Program-made: the position numbers and the translations under genes | NCBI GenBank assembly: GCA_964354685.1 | Contig: CAYHAM010000006.1 | Span: 9,523-73,522, forward strand | Direction of reading: 5' to 3' | Length of the DNA: 64,000 nucleotides | From: an uncultured Methanosarcinales archaeon | Lineage (GTDB): Archaea; Nanobdellota; Nanobdellia; Woesearchaeales; JAGVZT01 | Shown here: positions 26,725 to 34,340 of the stretch, in pieces | How the letters are laid out: each line of letters opens with the position of its first letter | Numbering within the stretch: position 1 is the stretch's first letter | Notes under the pieces: model-generated | Database searches by the model: none | What the model was told of the DNA's origin: nothing | What the model saw: only the letters and a program-made list of their open reading frames with translations

Positions 26725-27450
26725 TTAAACTAATTCCACATAGAAGTAATATGCTGTTGAAGAAACAGGCCCTTCCCAGCCTTTTTCAGGCACAAGCATC
26801 TGGAAGTCATAATAACCTATGTCAAAACCAAGGGTTGTGTTCTCAATTATTGTTGTGTATACAATATAAGTACCATCCCACAACAAGATCTCCTGGAAGT
26901 TCTCTGTTGTTGTTTGAGGAGTGTCATTGATATATGTTATTAAAGTATAATCACAAACATCTTCATTGAACTCAACAGAACCTGTCCAGAAACTCTGATG
27001 AGTTGTTCTTGTAAATGTGTTGCTAATACTATCATCAGCTGAACTTGTATGGTTCATTGCTGTTTCCTCTTGAGAAACATGACTTGAGTTTGCACAAACA
27101 ATGCTGTCCCAATTAATAGTAGTGCTGCTCCTTGTTACATAAACCTCTCCAGCAACTGTTGAGATGCTCCACTCATATATTGAATAGTTGCTCGCATCCT
27201 CTAAAACAAGCTTTCCAGTTACGTTTCCAACATACGCCTTCCAATGTGGGTTTTGAGTTGTTGCATTAAGTACAATAGTTGTTATTGTGCCCCCAGTTGT
27301 GTTCAAAATTGTAGCAGACCTTGATGTTCCATTCTCAATACCAGTGATATTTATCTGAGGTCCAGTTGGAACTGCAGCTAGGACAAATGAAGCAATACTA
27401 ACTAACAAAATCAAAACTAAAATCCCTTTCCAATTATTATTATTTTGCAT
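26725..27450 (-). CDS. Secreted ~240-aa subunit-like protein, subtype A (A2)
   Basis: The ORF track starts at 27501; ATG 27450 (MQNNNNWKGILVL) overlaps the upstream stop and gives a signal peptide. AVPTGP, WKAYVGNVTG, terminal YYFYVELV. Confidence 0.92.
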   Translation of the reverse strand: MQNNNNWKGILVLILLVSIASFVLAAVPTGPQINITGIENGTSRSATILNTTGGTITTIVLNATTQNPHWKAYVGNVTGKLVLEDASNYSIYEWSISTVAGEVYVTRSSTTINWDSIVCANSSHVSQEETAMNHTSSADDSISNTFTRTTHQSFWTGSVEFNEDVCDYTLITYINDTPQTTTENFQEILLWDGTYIVYTTIIENTTLGFDIGYYDFQMLVPEKGWEGPVSSTAYYFYVELV

Positions 27451-27955
27451 CTTTCCTCTTCTCATTTGCCCTATGGTAAGCAGTCCAGATTGTCCTATCA
27501 TCCCTATTCAGCAAGATAGCTATCTTGCTGAAACTCAAATTATGATCATCCTTCAAAAAGCACACAATTGTTTCAAGAACACTGATCTCTCGGACTCTTA
27601 AAAGTGAAACTGGGATTTGATATTCAGCACTTGCAATCAAGCTATGTGGAAAAGCCTTTGGCAGCTTCTGCCTTGATTTGTGATAAACAACACCAATTGT
27701 GCTCTTGCTCCTGTTTGTTAACCCAGAAATCTCATATATACTAAGCCCAAGGTTCTCCTTCAAATACTTGACAATCACCTCAAAACCACCAAGCCTTCTG
27801 ATACTTAAAACAGAAATAGGTATTAGATAATCCTCCTCTTTTCTCAACAAAAGCCTCTCAATATCCTTCTTAGAAACATCATACTCCTGCTTTAGGTACT
27901 CAAAGAACAAGGATACAAGCTGCTTCTCATCAATTGATGCTTTATCTTGGCCCAT
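27440..27955 (-). CDS. Tandem (duplicated) helix-turn-helix protein (171 aa)
   Basis: Internal repeat IPISVL...IVKYLKENLGLSIYEISGLTNRSKSTIGVVYHKS / IPVSLL...IVCFLKDDHNLSFSKIAILLNRDDRTIWTAYHRA, a sigma region 4-like HTH. Confidence 0.85.
   Translation of the reverse strand: MGQDKASIDEKQLVSLFFEYLKQEYDVSKKDIERLLLRKEEDYLIPISVLSIRRLGGFEVIVKYLKENLGLSIYEISGLTNRSKSTIGVVYHKSRQKLPKAFPHSLIASAEYQIPVSLLRVREISVLETIVCFLKDDHNLSFSKIAILLNRDDRTIWTAYHRANEKRKDAK
27507..27532. repeat. Perfect 26-bp palindrome inside the tandem-HTH gene
   Basis: TTCAGCAAGATAG|CTATCTTGCTGAA. Confidence 0.95.
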
Positions 27956-27965
27956 TTAGTAACTC

Positions 27966-28053
27966 TTTATTATGTAAGTTTATATATTTATTATGTAAGT
28001 AAAACAATCTATAAAAATATCTTATAAATCATCATCTTATTTACTATGTAAGT
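27966..28053. promoter_or_regulatory. Three 14-bp direct repeats TTTAYTATGTAAGT upstream of the tandem-HTH gene
   Basis: Copies start at 27966, 27987 and 28040 (spacings 21 and 53 bp); the third has one mismatch. Confidence 0.7.
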
Positions 28054-28182
28054 AACATATATTTAAAGGTTTCTATTTTGAATACATTATAAGCCTCTTC
28101 TGCTCAAAACCGAAAATATTAAAACCCCTTTATTTTGCCAAAGTAATCTATCAACAACTTTTGTTGAAGAAATGAGGGGAAA

Positions 28183-29349
28183 ATGAGAATAGGTTTGTTT
28201 TGTTCAGATCCTTTTTACTTTCCAGGGGGTATCCAGGAGCATGTTAAAGGACTATATGATTTCCTAGTCAAGAGAGGTCATTATGTTAAGGTGCTAGTCC
28301 CAAGATACAAAAAAGGTGAGTATTATGGAAGAGATTTTATACTGATTGGCAACTCCAAGTCAATTTCAGGAAATGCTGGCTCAAGCAATCTTAGCTACTG
28401 TTTTAAAACATCAAAACTCAAAGCTCTTCTGAAAAAAGAGGATTTTGATATTATCCATCACCACAACCTAGGATTTTTCTTAGGACTACAGCTTCTAAAT
28501 TCATCAGACTCTCTGAACATCATAACCATCCACACCTCTTTAGATGGAAGCAGATTCTATAGGTTTAACCAAAAACTCTTTAATCTTTGGATTAAAAATT
28601 ATGTTGTAAAAAAATTTGCAGGTGGAATCTTAATATCAAAACACGTAGGGGAACTCATAGATTTAAACAACTTACTGAAGGGACAAAACAAACCAATTTC
28701 AATAATCCCAAATGGAATTAACCTAGACAGATTTAAACCCACAAACAAAAAAATTGACAAGTTCCAAGACAGTATGATAAATCTGCTCTTTGTAGGGAGA
28801 ATTGAGAAGAGAAAAGGACTACCTTATCTAATCAAGGCTTTTGATATGGTCAAAAAGAGGAATAAAAATTCTAGATTAATTATTGTTGGTGATGGGCGTG
28901 ACAAAGAAAAATGTCAGAAAATAGTAAGAAAAAACAAAACAAAGGATGTTGTATTTGTTGGACAGATTTCTAATGATGATCTCCCTAACTACTATGCAAC
29001 CGCAGACATATTCTGCTCACCAGCACTCTATGGCGAGAGTTTTGGGATTGTGCTTTTAGAAGCCATGGCATCTGGTAAGCCGGTTGTTGCTTTTGCTAAT
29101 CAAGGTTACAAAAAAGTTTTGATTGGTGATGGAGGAAAATTCTTAGTTGAACCTAAAAATATAGTAGGGTTAGCTAGGAAATTAGAAATATTGATTAATG
29201 ACAAAAATTTGAGAAAAGATATGGGTAAATGGGGGATAAGAGAAGCAAAGAAATACTCTTGGAACAATATAGGAAAACAAGTAGAAAACTTCTACATAAA
29301 AGTATTAGAAAAAAATAAGAATGAGGTGAGCTTGTGGAAGAAAACATAA
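28183..29349 (+). CDS. GT4-family glycosyltransferase (PimA-like)
   Basis: GGIQEHV, FVGRIEKRKG, ESFGIVLLEAMASGKPVVA; CCGAAAATATTAAAA upstream. Confidence 0.93.
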   Translation: MRIGLFCSDPFYFPGGIQEHVKGLYDFLVKRGHYVKVLVPRYKKGEYYGRDFILIGNSKSISGNAGSSNLSYCFKTSKLKALLKKEDFDIIHHHNLGFFLGLQLLNSSDSLNIITIHTSLDGSRFYRFNQKLFNLWIKNYVVKKFAGGILISKHVGELIDLNNLLKGQNKPISIIPNGINLDRFKPTNKKIDKFQDSMINLLFVGRIEKRKGLPYLIKAFDMVKKRNKNSRLIIVGDGRDKEKCQKIVRKNKTKDVVFVGQISNDDLPNYYATADIFCSPALYGESFGIVLLEAMASGKPVVAFANQGYKKVLIGDGGKFLVEPKNIVGLARKLEILINDKNLRKDMGKWGIREAKKYSWNNIGKQVENFYIKVLEKNKNEVSLWKKT

Positions 29350-29690
29350 ACAAAGCACTAATTTTTATTGCGAACATGATATTTTGGGTTCACACCCTTG
29401 GAATGATTTTTGTTCTTTATGGTGTGCTACGCCCTTTTCATGGAATGCTCTGGAACATCCATTTGTTGGTAACTATTTCAATAATTGTTGGTGTCATCAT
29501 AAACGAATGCCCTTTAACAACATTTGAGAGGAGGATAAGAAGGAAAGCAGGCCAAAGAAACGTGCCAAACAGAGGCTCTAGATATTTAGAGGTTTTTTAT
29601 AATTACACCAAGATAAAACTCCCAAACTCAACAATGAGAATCATTGGTTTGATTATCTTTATTTTAGGTATGGCTGCCCATTTAATATAA
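29334..29690 (+). CDS. DUF2784-like small membrane protein
   Basis: Three hydrophobic segments with H..., ECPLTTFERRIRRKAG and GSRYLE motifs. Confidence 0.7.
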   Translation: MEENINKALIFIANMIFWVHTLGMIFVLYGVLRPFHGMLWNIHLLVTISIIVGVIINECPLTTFERRIRRKAGQRNVPNRGSRYLEVFYNYTKIKLPNSTMRIIGLIIFILGMAAHLI

Positions 29691-29754
29691 TATAAGTTTT
29701 AATTTAATATAAGTGATTTATTATAGATGAAGATCGATTAATAGTTGTTTTAAA

Positions 29755-29925
29755 TCAGCTCCTAAGCTCTTTAACAAGCTCTTCAAACTCTTGCATAACC
29801 TCTTGCTTTGTTAATATGCCTTCCTTTTCAAGCAAATTTATCATTGCCTCCAGCTTTATCTCTAGCTCACGCAACTTGCCTTTGTTTGAAAGAACCTCTT
29901 CCCCAAGAACTTTTAAATCAACCAT
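29755..29925 (-). CDS. Small helical protein (56 aa), SHOCT-like motif
   Basis: Hand translation MVDLKVLGEEVLSNKGKLRELEIKLEAMINLLEKEGILTKQEVMQEFEELVKELRS; ATG is 1 nt after the 324-aa stop. Not in the ORF track. Confidence 0.75.
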   Translation of the reverse strand: MVDLKVLGEEVLSNKGKLRELEIKLEAMINLLEKEGILTKQEVMQEFEELVKELRS

Positions 29926-29926
29926 C

Positions 29927-30901
29927 TTAAACAACAGCAGAGAATGTTACTGTTCCATTGCAGAATCCCCTGGCAGAGCCAATAGGAATTCTAAGCTTCC
30001 AATATGTTGTGTTTGTTGAATTCAAATTAGCACCATCACCATCATCAACTTTTTGCAGAATCTTGTAACTAGGTATACCTAATGGCAACTTTTCATCTGT
30101 TAAATTCCACATGGCAGTGTCAAAATCCTTAGCACTAGTAACATTATACCTAAGATTACTGATTGTTATATTGCCAATTGTACAATTCATAGACAAGTTA
30201 TCACCATCTACAACTCCATACCCGTCAAGAGATAGGTTGATGTGTACATTTCCCGTGTTTGTAACATTAACATTCTTTTCCCCTGCGTTTGTTGTTGTTT
30301 CCCCAGGCGTCATCTCCCCAAAATCAATCAAATTTGTGGAAAGATTCAAAGCAGCTAGTTGGGTTATTGTAGGAGGTGTAGCATCAATAGATGTGTTAGA
30401 AATATTACTAGAATCCCTAGCAGACACATTACAATTCCACGAGGCATTGTTAGCATAATACCAAACACTGAAATTGCATGAGATTGCTAAAGCAGATACA
30501 TTTATTGAAGAGTTTGAGCAGGTTGTGGAAAAATAATGATAGTTATTATCATTTGCTGAGCTTGAGTTATAACTTGTTGCATCATAAATAGTTGCATTTA
30601 CTGCAGTTATATCACCCAAACCATTTAAATCATTAATTGTAGCATTACATCTTAGCAATTCAGTTGTGCCTTCACTCAAACCAATACTAGCTTGATCCCC
30701 GTCATCATGCTCGTACAACACAACCTGAGTAATAGTTGGTCCAATATTAGTAACATTAACCCTTGACTCAATAGATGTATTGTCATAGTAAGCAGCATTA
30801 CTTGTATCACTTATTGATACTAATAGATAGATACCTAATATTGTAAATAAAAATATGCAAGACAATGCCAACAATTGCTCTTTTTTCATTGTAATTTTCA
30901 T
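29927..30901 (-). CDS. Secreted protein (324 aa), second subunit-like family: Ig domain plus SCPU/WxL-like terminal domain
   Basis: Signal peptide; IDFG...NVTNTGN...LSMNCTIGNI...YWKLRIP...GFCNGTVTFSAVV. Homologous to the C-terminal half of 9742-11625. Confidence 0.88.
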   Translation of the reverse strand: MKITMKKEQLLALSCIFLFTILGIYLLVSISDTSNAAYYDNTSIESRVNVTNIGPTITQVVLYEHDDGDQASIGLSEGTTELLRCNATINDLNGLGDITAVNATIYDATSYNSSSANDNNYHYFSTTCSNSSINVSALAISCNFSVWYYANNASWNCNVSARDSSNISNTSIDATPPTITQLAALNLSTNLIDFGEMTPGETTTNAGEKNVNVTNTGNVHINLSLDGYGVVDGDNLSMNCTIGNITISNLRYNVTSAKDFDTAMWNLTDEKLPLGIPSYKILQKVDDGDGANLNSTNTTYWKLRIPIGSARGFCNGTVTFSAVV

Positions 30902-30922
30902 TTTACCTTCTCTTTTCTATAT

Positions 30923-31702
30923 TTACGATAACTCAACATAAAAGTAATAATCTGTTTGTAATGTAGCAGGGCTGCCATTCTCTGCTATCAGCATCTGAAA
31001 ATCATAGGTTGTATTTGCAGCATCATTTTTATAACCATCAATATTGTTTTCTATCTTAGTTACATATATTAAATTAGCACTCCCATCATAAAGCAAAACC
31101 TCGTCAAACCATTCTGTGGAGCTTTGGGCACTATCATTAATCCATGTGTTGATTGAATAATTACAGGTGTCAGTAATTATATGACTACTACCTGCCCAAA
31201 AATCCCAATGGTCATTTCCATCATCATCAAAAGTGTTATTCATTGGATCATCAGGAGTGTTTGTTGTGTTGTGGTGCATATCTGCCATTTCATCTGCAAT
31301 ATGTGTTGAGTTTGCACACACCACATTATCCCAACTAATGGTACTTGAAGTTCTAGTAGCATAAACCTCTCCACCAACTATTGACACACTCCACTCATAT
31401 ATTGAATAATTGCTTGCATCCTCCAAAACATATGCTCCAGTAACATTTCCAACATAAGCCTTGTAATGAGGGTTTGCCTGCCTTGCTGTGAGCCTCAATG
31501 TAATAATCCTACCTCCTTTACTATCATTGTTATCTTCCACTGTTGGAACACCTGATGCTGCTGATGTTTCATTGCTAACCCACTCCAAACTTGGTCCTGT
31601 CGGAACAGCAGCAAATACACTCTTTATCAAAGTCAATGTTACTAATACAGCAATGACTAATACCAATACCAATTCCACTTTTTCTCTACTTGTCCTTGTC
31701 AA
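30923..31702 (-). CDS. Secreted ~250-aa subunit-like protein, subtype A (A3)
   Basis: TTG start 6 nt after GGTGA; AVPTGP, YKAYVGNVTG, terminal YYFYVELS; 11 N-x-S/T sequons counted. Confidence 0.92.
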   Translation of the reverse strand: MTRTSREKVELVLVLVIAVLVTLTLIKSVFAAVPTGPSLEWVSNETSAASGVPTVEDNNDSKGGRIITLRLTARQANPHYKAYVGNVTGAYVLEDASNYSIYEWSVSIVGGEVYATRTSSTISWDNVVCANSTHIADEMADMHHNTTNTPDDPMNNTFDDDGNDHWDFWAGSSHIITDTCNYSINTWINDSAQSSTEWFDEVLLYDGSANLIYVTKIENNIDGYKNDAANTTYDFQMLIAENGSPATLQTDYYFYVELS

Positions 31703-31741
31703 ACCATATCACCATAAATTTAAAAGAGCAAAAACTACTCT

Positions 31742-32500
31742 TTACTCAATTTCAACCCAAAAGTAATAATCTACAGGGCTTGTGTCACCATCATGTCCAT
31801 CTTCTCCAACTAGCATCTGGAAGTCATAGTTGTCTGTGCCAGTCTTGAACCCATCAGAGCCACCTTGATGGATAAATGCCATGTAAATCATCCCATTGTC
31901 AGAGCTGCTCCAAAGCAAAGTTTCATTAAAATTCCTGCTCGCATCTACCGCATCATTCACATAAGTGCTCACAACGAAATCGCACTCATCAGCTGCAAAT
32001 GTGTTGTTTCCAACACTAAAGAAAGGATGAGTTGTAAGGTTGAATGTCTCATTGATACCATCTACATCTTGCCCTAAGTTGTTGAAGTTGAGTCTAGTTT
32101 CTTCTGTTTGAATCTCTGTTATATTTGTACAATGCACATTGGGATCAGTCCAATTCACACTATTGTTCCTAGTTGCGTAAATCTCACCCTCAGGATCAGC
32201 CAAGTCCCATGAATACATTGTGTTGTTGAGTGCATCATCTAATGTTATAGTACCACTAATATTACCATAGTAACCCTGCCAACCCCTGGTTACCACAGTG
32301 GCACTCATGTTTAGCTCACTCACATTACCAGCCTCTGCCTGTATATACCTTACACCAGCATAGGGTCTTCTAGATACATTTATTATAGTAAATTCCTGGT
32401 TTGGAGGCGTAGGCACGTTTTGATATCCTGCCAAAACAGAAACTGCTATTAAAGCAAATACCAATATTATTATTGTCCAGTTTGCAATTGTCTTCTTCAT
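31742..32500 (-). CDS. Secreted ~250-aa subunit-like protein, subtype B (B3)
   Basis: GAGGTGATC ribosome-binding site; GWQGYYGNISG, EDGHDGD, terminal YYFWVEIE. Confidence 0.93.
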   Translation of the reverse strand: MKKTIANWTIIILVFALIAVSVLAGYQNVPTPPNQEFTIINVSRRPYAGVRYIQAEAGNVSELNMSATVVTRGWQGYYGNISGTITLDDALNNTMYSWDLADPEGEIYATRNNSVNWTDPNVHCTNITEIQTEETRLNFNNLGQDVDGINETFNLTTHPFFSVGNNTFAADECDFVVSTYVNDAVDASRNFNETLLWSSSDNGMIYMAFIHQGGSDGFKTGTDNYDFQMLVGEDGHDGDTSPVDYYFWVEIE

Positions 32501-32572
32501 TGAAGATCACCTCTTTTTAAAGTATAAAAATTCGGATTTTTTCCTTGATTAAAAGGAACATGATGTTTAGAA

Positions 32573-32797
32573 TCAGGATTTGTATGCAGCATTTTTCACA
32601 TTACCTCTTTCTTTTACAATAGACATTTTCTCTATATTCTTCTCATTGATGATAATAGTACCAAGATCACCATCAATCTTTACAAACCCATTTTCAATTG
32701 CCTCTAGCCTTCCGCGAGCAATCTTAAACTGAGAACCATCTCTGTAGGGAGCTTTGACTTCCTCACCTAAGAATTCCTCAAAAATGCTTTTTGGCAT
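32573..32797 (-). CDS. Small Sm/LSm-fold-like protein (74 aa)
   Basis: Helix then beta pattern FLGEEVKAPYRDG..IARGRLEAIENGFVKI...TIIINEKNIEKM resembles the Sm1/Sm2 motifs. Confidence 0.6.
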   Translation of the reverse strand: MPKSIFEEFLGEEVKAPYRDGSQFKIARGRLEAIENGFVKIDGDLGTIIINEKNIEKMSIVKERGNVKNAAYKS

Positions 32798-32853
32798 TTG
32801 CGTTCACCATAACCTTGCTTTTTCTTTGGCGTTGTAATAAACTATTATACAAA

Positions 32854-32919
32854 TATAATATTTACTATTTCGGTATACAAAAACATATACTCATATATAA
32901 ATATTTCGGTTTAGTATAT
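32854..32919 (-). promoter_or_regulatory. 66-bp promoter block, copy 1 (identical to 34165-34230)
   Basis: Minus strand ATATACTAAACCGAAATATTTATATATGAGTATATGTTTTTGTATACCGAAATAGTAAATATTATA contains BRE+TATA and ACCGAAATA twice. Confidence 0.85.
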
Positions 32920-33054
32920 TAAAATAGGATTTTAAATAGGCAGATATTGTGATTAAGTAATTAATTAATTTAATAAGTAAATTAATATCTTGATTATTGA
33001 TATAACTAACTTTAACACAATAATATAAGTATTCAAAAGAGTAAAAACTGCTCC

Positions 33055-33813
33055 TTACTCAATCTCAACCCAAAAGTAATAATCTACAGGGCTTGTGTCA
33101 CCATCATGCCCATCCTCTGCCACGAGCATTTGGAAGTCATAATTGTCTGTTCCTGTTTTAAAACCATCAGAGCCACCTTGGTGGATAAATGCCATGTAAA
33201 TCATCCCATTATCAGAGCTGCTCCAAAGCAAAGTTTCATTAAAATTCCTGTTTGCGTCTACAGCATCATTTACATATGTACTAACAGTAAAGTTACATTC
33301 ACTTGCTGTGAAAGTATTGTTCCCAACACTGAAAGCAGGATGCGTTGTAAGACTAAATGTTTCATTTATACCATCCATATCTTGCCCCAAATTGTTAAAG
33401 TTGAGCCTAGTTTCTTCTGTTTGAATCTCTGTTATATTTGTACAATGAATATTAGGATCAGTCCAATTTACACTACTATTCCTAGTTGCGTAAATCTCAC
33501 CCTCAGGATCAGCCAAGTCCCATGAGTACATTGTATTGTTGAGTCCATCATCTAAAGTTATAGTACCACTAATATTACCATAATAACCCTGCCAACCCCT
33601 GGTTACCACAGTGGTACTAATATTTAACTCACTCACATTACCTGCTTCTGCTTGTATTGATCTTACACCCGCATAAGGTCTCCTAGAAACATTCAATATA
33701 CTAAACTCCTCGTTTGGGGGCGTAGGTACATTCTGGAATTCTGCTAGAACAGAAACTGCTGCTAGAGCCAAAACCAAAATTATAAGTACCCAGTTTGCAA
33801 TTGTCTTCTTCAT
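33055..33813 (-). CDS. Secreted ~250-aa subunit-like protein, subtype B (B4); recent duplicate of B3
   Basis: Same length (252 aa) as B3 and roughly 85-90% identical by eye; same ribosome-binding site. Confidence 0.93.
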   Translation of the reverse strand: MKKTIANWVLIILVLALAAVSVLAEFQNVPTPPNEEFSILNVSRRPYAGVRSIQAEAGNVSELNISTTVVTRGWQGYYGNISGTITLDDGLNNTMYSWDLADPEGEIYATRNSSVNWTDPNIHCTNITEIQTEETRLNFNNLGQDMDGINETFSLTTHPAFSVGNNTFTASECNFTVSTYVNDAVDANRNFNETLLWSSSDNGMIYMAFIHQGGSDGFKTGTDNYDFQMLVAEDGHDGDTSPVDYYFWVEIE

Positions 33814-33882
33814 TGAAGATCACCTCTTTTTATAATTCCAAGATCTAGATTTCCTTGACTAATAGGAACATAAGTTTTAAAA

Positions 33883-34104
33883 TCAGGATTTATAGAAATC
33901 ATTCTCTAACACTCCGCTTACCTTTACTTTTGACATTTTCTTTATGCACTTACTATTGATGGCCAAAAAAGCACATCATCAACATTAACAAAACATTTAC
34001 ACTTGCCTAAAGCCTTTAACGAGAAATCCTGAACAGATAGCCATAACTCTGTCTATTGTTGTAATCTCTTCACCCAAGAATTCTGTAAATAAACTCTTTT
34101 CCAT
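33883..34104 (-). pseudogene. Decayed copy of the LSm-like gene
   Basis: Starts MEKSLFTEFLGEEI and ends AINSKCIKKMSKVK...FYKS*, matching the intact copy. The middle carries frameshifts and several stop codons. Confidence 0.9.
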
Positions 34105-34164
34105 TTTCATTCACTCTTTCTCGTTTACCCTTAATCTTTTTCTTTTACTCTAACATTAAACTGC

Positions 34165-34230
34165 TATAATATTTACTATTTCGGTATACAAAAACATATA
34201 CTCATATATAAATATTTCGGTTTAGTATAT
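34165..34230 (-). promoter_or_regulatory. 66-bp promoter block, copy 2
   Basis: Base-for-base identical to 32854-32919; offset 1311 bp. Confidence 0.85.
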
Positions 34231-34340
34231 CAAACCAGAATTTAGATTTACTAGACACATATATCGGTTTAATTTAATAAATAATTAACTAGTAAAGTAA
34301 ATTAACTAAATAAAATAAAAAAATTAATTAAGTTAATAAA

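Noticed and set aside
32920-33050. Very AT-rich spacers with TTAATTAA (also about 26570-26725 and 34240-34340)
   Set aside because: No conserved motif beyond low complexity; probably terminator or spacer DNA, and no specific call is supportable.
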